Assembly (NCBI GenBank): GCA_964035545.1
Contig: OZ037772.1
Span: 5,460,233-5,524,232, forward strand
DNA length: 64,000 nt
From: Bugula neritina
Lineage: Eukaryota > Animalia > Bryozoa
Direction of reading: 5' to 3'
In this document: piece by piece, positions 1-13,195 of the stretch
How the letters are laid out: every line of letters starts with the position of its first letter
Numbering within the stretch: position 1 is the stretch's first letter
The notes under the pieces: model-generated
What the model was told of the DNA's origin: nothing
What the model saw: only the letters and a program-made list of their open reading frames with translations
The model's database searches: none
Position numbers and translations under genes: made by a program

Positions 1-70
1 ACAAATTTTAAACCAAGTTATACCATGACAATTTATTTGCAAATTTGTCTTAAAAAATTCTATCAGAAAT

Positions 71-2654
71 TTATTCTGATAATTCGAGTCCATGAACTTC
101 CAACTCATAAATATTGAGAGATTTACCCACTTCTACAGCCGTTACTCTCACATATCTACCATACATTCTAATATGACATGTAACTAGAAATATATCTGCA
201 GGTGGTTGTCCAGGAAGGTAGTCACAGATCTCATCTTCTGGCGGATTACCAAAGTTAGTGTAAGTTTCACCAACTGTTACTCTCACATTGGCCAGGCGTT
301 TAATTACACCTGCAAAAAACATGAATGCAGTTATTAATCAATGAAGTCATTAATGAAAATAATCATTAAAAGTTAATGCAAACAACATTAAAAAAGGACT
401 CAATATCTTTTACTATATTTAGCACTTCCGGATCCCTTCTACTTGAGGGTTACCCTAGTTCAGTCACGATTAGGATGTATTTCTATAAATCTATTGTATT
501 TCTACATGAAAAGATATTAAAGATACAAATTGTAAAATAAAGATTTACTAAACAATACAATTAGACCAGTGGTTCCCAACCTGAGGGGAATTCCTCCCTA
601 GGGAAGAATTTGGACATTTTAGGGGGAGTGGGATTTTGAAAAATTCACGCAATTTGTTGACGGTTTTTGAGCTTTTGCAAGTTACATGTATATGCATATC
701 TATAAATCTTCAGCTTAGTTCATCTATATTTAACCAAACCATATTTTGCAATCTCGGTTTACTTGTACATGAATTTGTTTATTAATTGCTATACTCTAAC
801 TGCTCTTTACACTAATTGAAATAAAAGGCAAAAATATGCAAAAACCAGGTAAGATTCTCATTAATTCAAAGAGAAGAGAAACTAACTGCCTTTACTTGCA
901 AAGTAATTTAAGTTGGGCCTGGGTAAACACAGAGACAGGCTTAAGCATGCTGGCACAAAAGCACCAACTGAAGCCATAACATTATTAACTGAACTGCTCT
1001 GTGTCTTGTAATATAAAAATAACGGCATTATTACTATTTTAATAATTGCATTATATGCAAATATATTAGAACAAATTGTATTGCATTGTATCATATATTC
1101 CCATTCAGTAAATCATAAAATATTTTCGCTCTTCGAAAGGGGGAATTTAATAATCATCATTTATGAAGGGGAGGAATAGTATGAACAAGGTTGGGAACCA
1201 CTGAGTTAGACCATGGCAAAATCAAAATCTCTTTTCTCAAATGTTTAGGATAAGACTGTTGAAGTGTTCTAGTCCTACTATGAGGAAGGTTAACAGAACC
1301 TGAATTTGGATGTTCAGATCTGTTCCAGATTTTGATACCATACACAAAGTGATTAGTGAGAAGATCAATCTGTATCCATGGAGACAGTTCTGTTTTTGTG
1401 TGGGCAAGGCTATCATGCTCAGATATGTTCCACTGAGAAGGAAGATAAATCCCATCAATAGCCTTGACACCAGCACGGTCCTTATACATGGTGGATAGGT
1501 CGGCAGATTTTCCTGTAATAAAACTTCATGATGTACAGAAGATATATTTTACATGATTGCAGATCTTTAATAGTTTTAGAGAAAATTTTTAAAACGGATT
1601 CTATCTTTACTTACAAATATCTAATTTGGAGACTTTTAATTAAGCAGGTAACAAAGTATAACAAAGATCTACTATTTCAGCAGATTATAGCATTAGCAAT
1701 AAAAAAACCATAATAAAGTGCTTCTGTCATTAAAGACATTATCGGCATTTTTTTGAAGCTGCAAATTTCAAACTTATATAATAGCAAATAAGTTTGTTGT
1801 TAAAAGATATCCCATAAAAAACATAATTGGAAACAAAACTTCCCTTACCTCTAGCAAGCAATTTTGAAAACTGGTACATTTGAATGTAATCAGAGTGAAT
1901 TAGTTTGAGGGATGTGGTTTTCTCAGTGTCAGTTGAGTTGTCAATCACACTTGGAGTTTCTGACATCTTGCAGGTGCTTGTAACTCTATCATATGACACA
2001 GCAACACATGATTGGTTGATAGCACAAACAGCCAGACAGTGTCTGTGAGTGGGAAGGTATTTCATGTTGTGTGTCTCCAAGATATGAGAATAGTTTTGGT
2101 TGGTGTACACATCTTTTGCTGGAACAGACATTATGTACAGATGGTTATGGCGAGGATATTAACTACTTTCTATATTTAGGGTATTTAAAAACTAATGTGA
2201 TATAGCATAATAACCAATTTCATCACAGAGTTAACTGTCTGCAATTAATGTACGAAAATTATATAGCATTGCAACTTTGATGACCCATATATGGCACAGT
2301 TTAGTATTTCATATCTTTAGGTTTTATCCCAGTTGCATTAGAAAAAGGGTTTTCACATGCATATAGAAGAGCAATCAACTATATAACACTATCTGTATTA
2401 CTCTAAAGCATGTCTAACAAGCCAAGAATTTATTTAATTTTTGTTTGCATGGGTGAATAAATTTAAATAGAGATTTCAATTGTATTAAGTAACCTGATTA
2501 AAATAAAATCATTTCATTTTAAAGATATTAAACTTATCTACTTAATGAGTAAATTTTGGCATTGCATAATAAATGAAACAAACTACTTACTGCATGAACA
2601 GCCAGCTGGAACAACCAAGTGAAGCAAAACCAGAATCACATTTATCCAAACCAT
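71..2654 (-). CDS. Secreted PAN/Apple + F-type lectin (fucolectin-fold) protein, copy 1, 261 aa, 4 exons
   Basis: Exons: 2654-2591 (signal peptide MVWINVILVLLHLVVPAGCSC), 2118-1849 (PAN: CLAVCAINQSCVAVSYDRVTSTCKMS), 1512-1300 (AIDG; HT..SPWIQIDL..KIWNR = H-X26-R), 309-71 (RLANVRVTVG..C..C..GRYVRV..LNIYELEVHG). All introns are GT-AG phase 1; total 786 nt, open. Confidence 0.88.
567..1203. mobile_element. Non-autonomous hAT (Charlie-like) element in intron 3 of lectin copy 1
   Basis: Perfect 16-bp TIRs CAGTGGTTCCCAACCT / AGGTTGGGAACCACTG; 8-bp TSD AATTAGAC (559-566) / AGTTAGAC (1204-1211). Confidence 0.9.
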
Positions 2655-4058
2655 CTTTGTCTAGTTCTAGTAATCATGTGTCCAGGTACAACTGCTGATC
2701 ATTGTATCACAAAGGGTCTCTAGGCTTAGCAACATTAATATTTAAGAGCCTGTTTTTAATTTGTAATGCATGCTTAAAAATTAATAGCAGAGCTTTGGAG
2801 AAAATATATAAACGAATTAATATATTAATGACTGCCATTTTGTAAGAAGTATATATGAAACTTCAATAATTACTGATTAACCTGTGGTCCAATATTACTC
2901 TCACACACTTATTTGACACTAAAGGGTTTGGTTCATAAGATCTTTCATTAAAACTTTCTTTTATCATCAATTTTTTTGATAAATATAACTTAATAAATAA
3001 GTGAGCAGAAGTTCTTTAATAATAAACTTTTCTTGTATAGCATACTATAGGTTAAATTATCATTCACTGTGAGTTCATCATATTGTCTTTTAAACTGAAC
3101 ATTTGTTCCCAGGTGATGAATCTAATTAATAAATTATATCAAGCGGTAATCAGGTGCTAAGCTGAAACTCAAACCTGAACAATCAATAACCCTACTGCAT
3201 GACTGCCATGGTGTGCATTCTTCACGATTGAAACATTGCATCGAGTTTGTATGATAATATATATGGTTTATTTTAATGTTAGTTGAGCAATGAATGCATG
3301 GGTAGTTTTTTTTCATTTATTATATAAGTTTAAATAATTTTAAAAACTTTTTATTGTTTCTCTGCATTATATGTGAATTTTTGTTAAATAGATTCTTCAA
3401 ATGTTTGTGCCGATAAATAATTATGCCTCTTATATATAGATCTCTATAATTACAATCCCAATAATTTGCATGGCATATATTACTTTCAAAAATTGCCCAT
3501 TTCTCTGAATCATCATCAAAAACTATTTTTTTCAACATGATTATATAGATTTCAATCTTACTAGAATAGGATTTTAACATTATTGGTAGTCTTCCTGGAT
3601 TTCTCAAAATTCTCAAGAGTGACAGCCAAGTCCAAACTCATCTAGAAGCATTTATCTGAACCATCAAGATCAATAATCAGGAAAGAAAAGAGTTTATCTA
3701 TGACTGCAAACCTAGCCCCAAATTCTGCCAGACTATATAAATGATTGGACAAAATCTTTTAAAATTGGCCAAGAGCCTAATTATTTATATGTGGCACAAG
3801 GGCAATTGTGACTAGATGTTTTTACTAGGATCACTGCTGGGGTTAAACTCAAACTACTGATTTATTGTTATACCTCTAATCATTACAAAACAAATGCTTC
3901 ATCACTAATTTTCTTTTGCTGTACATACAAATGAATTCATTAAGAAAGTTGCGTTGAGTACAACCAAAACATTAGGCTAATGTAAAACACAACTACAAAT
4001 CTTTTTGTGCAAATAGAATGAAATGCATGCCATGCACTCGGCAAACTATAATGGTGTC

Positions 4059-4357
4059 GTGTAAAAATGGCACAGCTAGAAATAGCACAGGTAAAAGAAC
4101 CACGGCAAAAATGACAAGGGTAAAAGGACTAAATCGGTAGAGCAGATCAAAGTTTCAATATTATGTATGGCTTGAGGTGGAGCTGGGTTCTTAGGATGAA
4201 GGGTTTAGGTTAGGGACTGGGGATTTTAGTTTGGGTTTGAGGTTCAAGAGTTGAGGATTTAAGTTTGGAGTTTTTGAAAAACTTAGAATTTTTTCCTAAT
4301 TTTCTAATTGTTCCCTCATTACCTGTGCCATTCTTATACTGGTATCATTTTTACCTA
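4059..4357. repeat. Degenerate inverted-repeat (MITE-like) element with internal GGTTTAGG/TTAGGG-rich core
   Basis: Left arm has repeated GGCACAG/GGTAAAA motifs; right arm has ACCTGTGCCA/TTTTTACC; G/T-rich centre at about 4200-4270. Confidence 0.4.
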
Positions 4358-5187
4358 AAACAGTAAACTACAGCATGCAAAACATAGATCTTTAGAAGCC
4401 ATCACATTTACAGCTTCTTGGCTTTTCTTGACATCAAAGAATAAATTAGAACTGAATATGTATGCTCTAATACATAGCATTATTTTGTACAGGAAATTAT
4501 TGGTAGCTAAAAATCGTATGCACTCACTAATCATATGTTTAAATTAACCAAATAATAAATGAGACAAAGTAACCTGTGTCCCAAGAGATACATTGAATTA
4601 TTAGATAATATAACTAGAAAAGTTGAAACATCTTTGAAATCAATAACTTGACTGCTGAAGCACAAATCAGGTTGTATATAGCTACTGATTCTAAACATCA
4701 GTAAACTGCAATAGCCTTTCATTTACAAATAATAGTTTTATTGAAATACACATAAAGCATAGTTTGTTATAACAGACAACAAAAAAATTTCGTACCATTT
4801 TTTGCTTTCAAAGATAGCATTGCTGAAAAGGGAAATGTTGTTGTACTTATTTACTATGACATCGATTAGTGGTAAACAATAAATTGTTTAAAAAAAATTC
4901 AAGCAAATTTATAGTTGTTATCCTTGTTTGAAACCCCTGACAGAAAGGGTTTTGGTAAAAAGCGGGCTATGAACCTATTTAAAAGAGGAGTAAGAAAAAT
5001 TATGACTGGATGTTTTTTAAATGCAGTATTTGTGCAATGCTAACTATAATATAATTGCAAATAATGAAAAGGTGTATTTTCTTCTAGCAAGGTATTTCCC
5101 TGCTTAACTTGGAATAAACAAATATCTAGTTTCACAAAGCAAATAAAGTTTTAAACCTGAAGTAGCTACGCAACATGTTCAAAACTT

Positions 5188-8165
5188 CTAATTTATTCCA
5201 ACAATTTCTAATCCATGAATTTCCAACTCATAGATGTTGAGAAAATCGTTTACTTCAACAGCTGTTACTCTCACATATCTACCATACATTCTAGTTCGAC
5301 ATGTAACCAGAAATATATCTGCAGGTGGTCGTCCAGGAAGGTAGTTACAGATCTCATCTTCTGGTGGATCATCAAAGTTAGTGTCAGTTTCAACAACTGT
5401 TACTCTCACATTAGCCAGTCTGTCATTGACAACTACAAGATAAATAACTTTTACATTTGCTAGTCTTTGGACTGAAACTGCAAGCAAACACTCATGTTAT
5501 TATTTTTCTAGTTTCATAGTGAAATATGTAACATTATTTCAATGAGAACATAGCACCTTCCGTATAATATAAAGTCTGAAAGTAAAGCAACAAATTCATG
5601 TTTCAGAAACATTTATTTTTTACAATCACATTATAAAGAAATAATTTTTGCTGACTTTTCCACTGAATTAAACTTTAAAAATCCTATAGCATTTGATATA
5701 TTTGCTCTACATATATTATATGTAATTCAAATATTTGTTCCTTTACTCTCAGACTTCATTTGAAGTAAATTTAATGTTTGCATATAGCTCAGTAAAATAT
5801 TTAGGTGTCTTTTGAGCACTCAAAAGATTTTTTACTTTTTCTTTTTGTGGACTGAGCTTATATACAGATCGGACTTACTATGACAAACTGTTGTAACTTG
5901 CATTTACAATCTTATGCTAGTGAGATATGCCATGTTTCAAAAAACGAATGAATCATAATCATTCATGATATATCATGTGCATGTTTGGTGTTGTAATATC
6001 TCACTTGCATGTGACATGGATCACATGGCTAGGTCAAGTGTCATGTATCATGCGATAGGGATAATATGACATGCGTCAAGTGTCTTGTAACATGTGTAAG
6101 GTGACACATGTGACAAGTGTGTGTGTGCGTGTGTGTGTGTGCGTGTGCGCGTGCGTGTGCGTGTGCGTGTGTGTGTGTGTGTTTTATTTCATCATAATAT
6201 AGTGTTTTACAACTAGCATAAGTTACAAGAGCAGACAAACAATTAGAAATGCAATATAGTAACAAATAACGGTATATAAAAATATAGCTGTCGGAAGTGA
6301 TGATGAGGCCTGCAGTGCGAAATAGCATGGCTAGTGGTACGCGGGCCCAATGTTGGCATAACCATACAAGGCACCACAGATCACTCAACAGAGTGGAGGT
6401 GATGCCTCAATTCCGTTTTAAATTTACCAAGTGGCTGTACAATCTTTAAAAGTTTAGGCAACTTAATCCACAGTGCAGATATTACAAAGTTGGAGGTGCG
6501 TTGACCAGCAAATGAGGAATAAAATGGAACAGGAAGAGATTGCAACTGATGACGTGTAGTAGAGTGAGAGTGTGTGGAAAAGCTTCCTGAATAGTAGATT
6601 TTATGAGCTTTAATAAACAGTTTGTACTTGTGACATTAGCACCTTTAATGCTCCAGATGTGAGTAATGATATATATATATATACATATATATTTTATTGT
6701 TTACAGTATTATACTGAGATCCTAAAAACCTGAAATAGATTATTTACATCTGTTCCAGATTTTGACACCGTATACAAAGTGATGAGTATCGAGATCCACT
6801 TGTATCCATGGAGATAACTCTCTGTCTGTGTGAGCTATGCTTCTGTGTTCAGGAAGATTATGCTGAGATGGCAGATAAAAGCCGTCAATAGCTTTCTCAC
6901 CAAGGTAGTAAGCTCTATATTCAGTGGACAGATCAACTTTGTTACCTGAAATGCAGCCATAAGCAAGTCTAGTAAAAAATTAGTTTTGTAATTTATTGCA
7001 TTATCAAACTCTTGAATCATTATTAAAAACTGTTATAGCTTTTCTCTGAAAAAAAAAACTTTATTTACTTTTCTTATTTCAGCTAAATGTTGTGTATTCT
7101 AAGGTAGCTATTTTTATCTTCCTTAGCCTTCAAATAGCTGAGGAAGATAACAAACTTTGAAAGTATTTTGATTGACTTGCTAATTAATAATGTGTGCAGG
7201 CAAAAATTTTTTTGCAATTCAACATTTTGTAGTATGCCCTAAAGCACCCTGCATGTTTTTAGAGTTAGTCTGGCTATCAACCCTTGAACCTATGTAAGCT
7301 TTTTTATGTTGTTTTAGATAGCAGCAAATATAATAAAGACTTTCAAGCATCAATTTTTTTTACAAACTCACAGCATATATATATTTGTTTTTAAAATGAG
7401 TCTGTAAACTCATTGTCTATAGATTTCCTGTCTCTCACCTCTAGCAAGCAACATTGAGAACTCATAAATCTGAATGTCATCAGAGTGAATCAGTTTGACA
7501 GATGCTATTTCCTTAGTGTCAGTTGAGTTTACAATCACACTTGATGTTCTTGACATCTTGCAGGTGCTTGTAGCTCTCTCATATGACACAGCAGCACACG
7601 ATGTGTTAATTGCACAAACAGAGAGACAGTGTAGGTGTGTGGGAAGGTATTTCATGTTGTGTATTTCCAGTAAGGACGAATAGTTCTGGTTAGTGTACAC
7701 ACCTATTGCTGAAAAAGATGCAACATAATTATGTATGCTCTTATCACATCTTATAATGATCAAAATTCAAAATAAAACTTATAAGTAAAGCTAAATATAA
7801 CAGTGCAAACTCAATAAAGAAACAGTATGTCTTGCAGGTATTTTAATATAACTCTGTGCAAACAAAGAATCAGAAATTATAATCTGGCAACCAACATAAA
7901 CAAATAAAAATACCTCAAACTGTAAACTGCTTTGTGTGCAGGAAACTAGCATTAAATAGAGTGACCGAGTTATGTCGGTCATAGAATTTGACACAGCTAA
8001 GCCCGACAAATATTACCTGACGTTATGTAGTTAAATAGTAAATTTCATTTATTGTCTAGTTTGTTTCTTTACAGTATTATTAAATTAAACAAACTTACTG
8101 CATGAACAATCAGCTTGTAAAACTGTGAGAAGCAAGCACAGAATCTTATCTATCCAACCTAACAT
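5188..8165 (-). pseudogene. PAN + F-type lectin copy 2, with in-frame TAA in exon 3 (pseudogene, or rescued by a cryptic donor)
   Basis: Exons 8165-8099, 7708-7439, 6945-6730 and 5432-5188 are colinear with copies 1 and 3. Exon 3 reads ..KIWNR-C-K-TAA (6742-6740) where the paralogs have NRSEHPN; the other exons are open. Confidence 0.7.
6000..6182. repeat. Degenerate CATGTGA-type repeat followed by (GT/GC)n microsatellite
   Basis: Direct reading; (GT)n/(GCGT)n at 6117-6182. Confidence 0.8.
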
Positions 8166-9929
8166 TGTCTAGCTCTAGTAATCATGTGTCCAGGTAATCT
8201 GTTTAATGCAGAATGTATGAACTGTCTCGCTTTACAGCTGCAACTTAATTAGCCACCATCAATATTTAAAAATTTGTTCCCACTGGGTAAGTTCACAGTT
8301 TTTTGTATTATCTTTTACAATAGGTATAATGAGGTTTTAAGATTTTCATCAAAATGGATTTAGTATAATTTTATTGATTTTCCTTTATATAGTGATAATT
8401 ATATGTAACTTTATTAATTACTTATGAAACTACACTGCATGCAGACAAAAAAAAATTCACCCATAATCTAAATGCAGCTGTATGACATTACTAGTGGTGA
8501 ACACTTATTCAATCTTAGAAGTGAGATTACTCCTAAATAGTTCTGGTCATTTTTTTATTAGATTTCAATAACCTTTGCACCATATCTAACACATTGTCTT
8601 TGTCTTGCATGTAAATATAGTAAACTTGGTATTCAAAGGATTATCAGATGCTGAAGCTGCAGTTCCTTTAGTATAATATATTCAACTTTTCAATAAAGCA
8701 GTATGCTATCACAAAAAAGCACTCGTGTCAAAGTCAAGGGCTCCTGCAGTCATAGATTAGCTGTGAAACTAGTTCTCTCATATATAAAAACTTAATTAAT
8801 TTTTACTATTGTTCACTGCATCTCACAGCAACTTATTTCATTTCACGCTGAGGGCTACAGTTTCTTTCTCGTCAATTTGGCTGTCATGGCAAACACATAT
8901 GCAGCTGTGTTGTATTTCTGTATTATTTATGTTGTTTATGGCAACACGACATTTTTCTGTACAAGGATTTTCAAAAAGTATAGTTCAATTACATCGCAGC
9001 ACCCGCAAACGGCAATTTTCAAGCACCATGATGAAATGTTATATAATGATGTAATACTCAATGAGTGAACAAGGTATATTCTCTATTACATCTATTCAGC
9101 TCCATTTGGAAGGATTAGATTTTTTGGTTTGCCTGCTGCTCGGCATCCTGCATGTGACATTTGAACAGACATATTTACACAACCACTTATAGACTCTTTT
9201 CAGAGGTCCCTAATGTCCCCCCCTTTTACAGTTAAGAGTTTTGGTCTTCCAAAATAAAATCTGTTAGGCAAAATGGACTAATTGAACTCATTGTTGGAGT
9301 ATTAGTTACAGAGCAACACTCAGTGCCACTTTAACATGGCTTAGTAACCAAAATAGGATAAATGCTTTCAAGTTTATTTCAATCAAAATTATTCACGAGA
9401 AATTATTTTAAAAAGAGTGTTTATACCAAAATATCTATCTCCTAAAATGACAATTATATTGTATATAATTAAATTTTCAAGTACCAGCCAAATTGCAAAT
9501 TTTTAAAAAGTTTGCTCTTCATATACAAAAGTTCAACCTATTTACATTGAGAGGAAACAACTCGCTATTATATAGAGGATGCCAAAGACCTCTGAAACAT
9601 TATCATGTGCAGCTAAATAGTCTAAATATGTTGATAAAAAATTAATTTAGTTTTGTGCAGCCAATGAACTAGTAATGGACATGCATGTCCTAGAATTTGC
9701 ATACTTGCTAATTACGAATTGTGTGTTAGTATAATTATTAGTAGTGTGAAGGTCGGTAGTAACTTTTACTGTGTTATTAAATGTTATAAATAAACTATTA
9801 ACAGTGACTGAGAAAACACAAAAATGTTTCAACTGTCAATATATTTTATTATCTATCCGCAAATGATAATTAAACTATATTTATATAAAAGATTACTTGA
9901 CTAAATTATGATGAATACATTTTAGAACT

Positions 9930-12338
9930 TTATTCCAATAATTTGAGCCCAGAAATTTCTAACTCATAGATATTGAGAGACTTATTCACTTCAACAGCTG
10001 TTACTCTTACATATCTACCATACATTCTGGTACGACATGTAACCAGAAATATATCTGCAGGCTGTGGCTGTCCAGGAAGATAGTCACAGATCTCATCTTC
10101 TGGTGGATCATCAAAGTTAGTGTCAGTTTCACCAACTGTTACTCTTACATTAGCCAGTCTTCTAATAACCCCTTTTAAAATTATTGAATGCGGTTGAATG
10201 ATCATCAACAAGTACCTCAAACAAAATAATAAAAGAAACTCAATGTCTTTTACTCCTTATCACATTTATATTACTTATATTTGACAGTTACTTTATTACT
10301 CAGACATCTCAAACTGGCATTTTCTGTCATGTATGTTATGCCACGTCATAACATGTGATTACCTTTGGTCACATTTCACCGCCACAGTAGCAGAAAAACC
10401 CACACTTAAGTTTATAGTCGCTCTCCCTGTGAGAAACCTCTGATGGAAATAATTTTGTTAAAGCAGGCTAAAGAATTATTTAAACGAGGCACGGGAGCAA
10501 TTATAACTGCATGAATGCTCCTTCTAACGTTACCAATGGCCTATGTCAGGGCTTGAAGCATGATCTCGTATTTAGTATAGTAAGGCATACAAATGCCCTA
10601 ACCTCTAGACCACAGCTGCTCGATCTATGTGTCATGTTTAAAATGTGACATGAGTGAGTTATAAAACATTCCCTCTGGGACCAGTCAGATGTGCCATATG
10701 TGTCATATATCATGTGTCATGTGTCATATATCATGTGTCATGGGTCATGTGTCATGTGTCATATATCATGTGTCATGTGTCATGTTTCAAACAAGATGTG
10801 TCACATGTCATGTGTCATATGTCATGTGTCACATTATATGACGTGTCATGTCACATGTGTCATGGTGGCCAATATAATATCCTTTACACATGCCATATTT
10901 TTTATGTGTAATACTCATGTAAAAGTGACAAAACTATTTTCTCACACTTTAATAATTATAAGACATTTATAGTTTTCTAATTCTGTAACACAGCAATTCT
11001 CAAAGAACCTGGATTCGGGTGTTCAGATCTGTTCCAGATTTTGACACCATACACAAAGTGATCAGTGAGAAGATCTACTTGTATCCATGGAGACGGTTCC
11101 CATTTTGTGTGGACCATACTATCATACTCAGAAATATCCCATTGAGATGGAAGATAAATCCCATCAATAGCCTGACCACCGTCAAAGTTTCTAAGCTTAG
11201 TAGATAGAGCGACGGATTTTCCTGTAGTAAACATTCATAGCAACAAACATTGACATCACTTGACATTTTTAATAAATTTTAAGAGTTTCAACTATAATTG
11301 TTAAACAGCTTGAGCTATATTTGCTAATATTTTTAGTTTTGGAATTTTCAGGAATCATGCAGGCCATAAAGTACATAACTAAATTAAACTTTTCAACACT
11401 TTTTACTATTGTAGCAAACCAGTTTTTAGCCTTTATCATATTCAAAATGTTACCTTTAAAGTTGAAGCAAATATTTTTTTAAACAAATTTAACAAACTGC
11501 ATAGAACAAAGCTTCTCTCACCTCTAGCAAGCAGTGTTGAGAACTCATAAACCCGAGTGTCGTCAGAGTGAATCTGTTTGACAGATGTCGTGTTCTCGGT
11601 GTCAGTGGAGTTGACAATCACACTCGGTGTTTCTGACATCTTGCAGGTGCTTGTAGCTCTATCATATGACACAGCAGCACATGATTGGTTGATTGCACAA
11701 ACAACCAAGCAGTGCCTGTGAGTGGGAAGGTATTTTATGGTGTGCATCTCCAAGATGGATGAATAGTTTTGGTTGGTATACACATCAGTTGCTGGAACAG
11801 ACATAGCCAATAATGTTTATATATTTAGTGTTACCAATTTTTCTAATAATCAGACAAGTACTAACTTGATATAGTAAAATATAGTTTAATCTTACCCAGA
11901 GCAACAATTTGCAAACAAAATAAAAAATTGCTATGCAATATGGCAAACCCGATGCCTTTAAAAAATTTATAATTCTATGTTTTAAAATTATATCAGAATT
12001 ATGCAGTATCAAAAAAAAACTCTGCATGCATAATATATAAAATATATGATATAATATAAAAACAGTTTTTGTATTACTTAAAAGCATCAACTAAACAAGT
12101 TTGAAATACAATGAATTATTCAGCAAAGATGCTAGTAGAGCTTTGAACACTTGTCAGTGGTATACACATTAAATGACTTGGTAAATATATAGGGCGACAG
12201 TTTTTTTTTTAGTTTTTATAAAAGTTTGATTTTGACTATATTTTTACATTACAAAATGAAGTAAACAAACTTACAGCATAAACAGTCAGCTTGAGCAACT
12301 AAAAGAACTAAAACCAGAATTACATTTATCCAAACCAT
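9930..12338 (-). CDS. Secreted PAN/Apple + F-type lectin protein, copy 3, 262 aa, 4 exons
   Basis: Exons 12338-12275 (MVWINVILVLVLLVAQADCLC), 11791-11522, 11221-11009 and 10171-9930; GT-AG phase-1 introns; 789 nt open; same motifs as copy 1. Confidence 0.88.
10380..10621 (-). mobile_element. tRNA-derived SINE-like element (degenerate)
   Basis: Minus strand begins GAGCAGCTGTGGTCTAGAGGTTAG (A-box-like) ... TGCTTCAAGCCC (B-box-like); related heads at 18369-18440 (+) and 51575-51649 (-). The 3' boundary is approximate. Confidence 0.45.
10690..10865. repeat. (CATGTGT)n 7-bp minisatellite
   Basis: Tandem imperfect ATGTGTC units in intron 3 of lectin copy 3. Confidence 0.85.
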
Positions 12339-13162
12339 TATAACTGCGTAGCTCTAGTAGCAGTGTTGATCGGAAACTATTTAGACTTACATCTATCATC
12401 ATGGCTGTTTTGATAGCTTTATAAGCAACATTATTATTTATTTAATTTCAACAGTCAATGAATACTTGAGAATCAGCAGTAGAATGTTTGAGGACGTAAT
12501 ATTTGAATGCATCAAGGGATTATTGACTTTTACCTTCTACAAATTCTGTGAATCCTCATGAATCACTGAGTAAACTGTGGTTCAACGTTACTCCCAGTTG
12601 AGTATTTGATAGTTCTATAGGTTCATGAACTCATGAATTAAACATCATAACTTTGATAATGAAATAGAGTCTTTTAACATATTAGTAAAGCAGCAAATAA
12701 CTAAAAGCTATGAGGAGAGGTCCAACAGCAACATAGTTTATTATCCCCCCAGCACATGTGTAGATAGTTTGTTTGCGATTTGCTCTTTATCAATGTTAAA
12801 AAAAGTTTATATAAGATCTATGTTCTGCACATAAAGATTTAATATTTATTATCCAACATAATGCATAACCTACATGTAGACTAAAGACTTGTGCTCGTTG
12901 ACTTGGTTTTTTTTATAAATATTTGGTTCAACTGACAGATGTTATCAAATTTGTTGCTACAGCTAGACAATGATTAGGCAAGTAAACTTTCTTAACTCAT
13001 TATATTGTTATAGCAGGTACAACTATATATAGATGTTTAAATGACTTTGGAAATCTTACAGTTATTCAATTAGATACAATTAAAGGCTGTTCTTTTGTGT
13101 ATAGTAGCCTTGATATATCTTCAGATGATGGGTCTTTTAGTGATAATGTGGTGGTTACACCA

Positions 13163-13195
13163 GTTCACACCTATAAAGGTATCACATATGCTGGG
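13163..13195 (+). pseudogene. Relic of a TRIM beta-propeller exon (VHTYKGITYAG)
   Basis: GTTCACACCTATAAAGGTATCACATATGCTGGG matches TRIM-A 22105-22137 at 30/33 nt. Confidence 0.65.

Noticed and set aside
4200-4270. Interstitial telomere
   Set aside because: Only one or two true TTAGG(G) units, inside a dispersed repeat.
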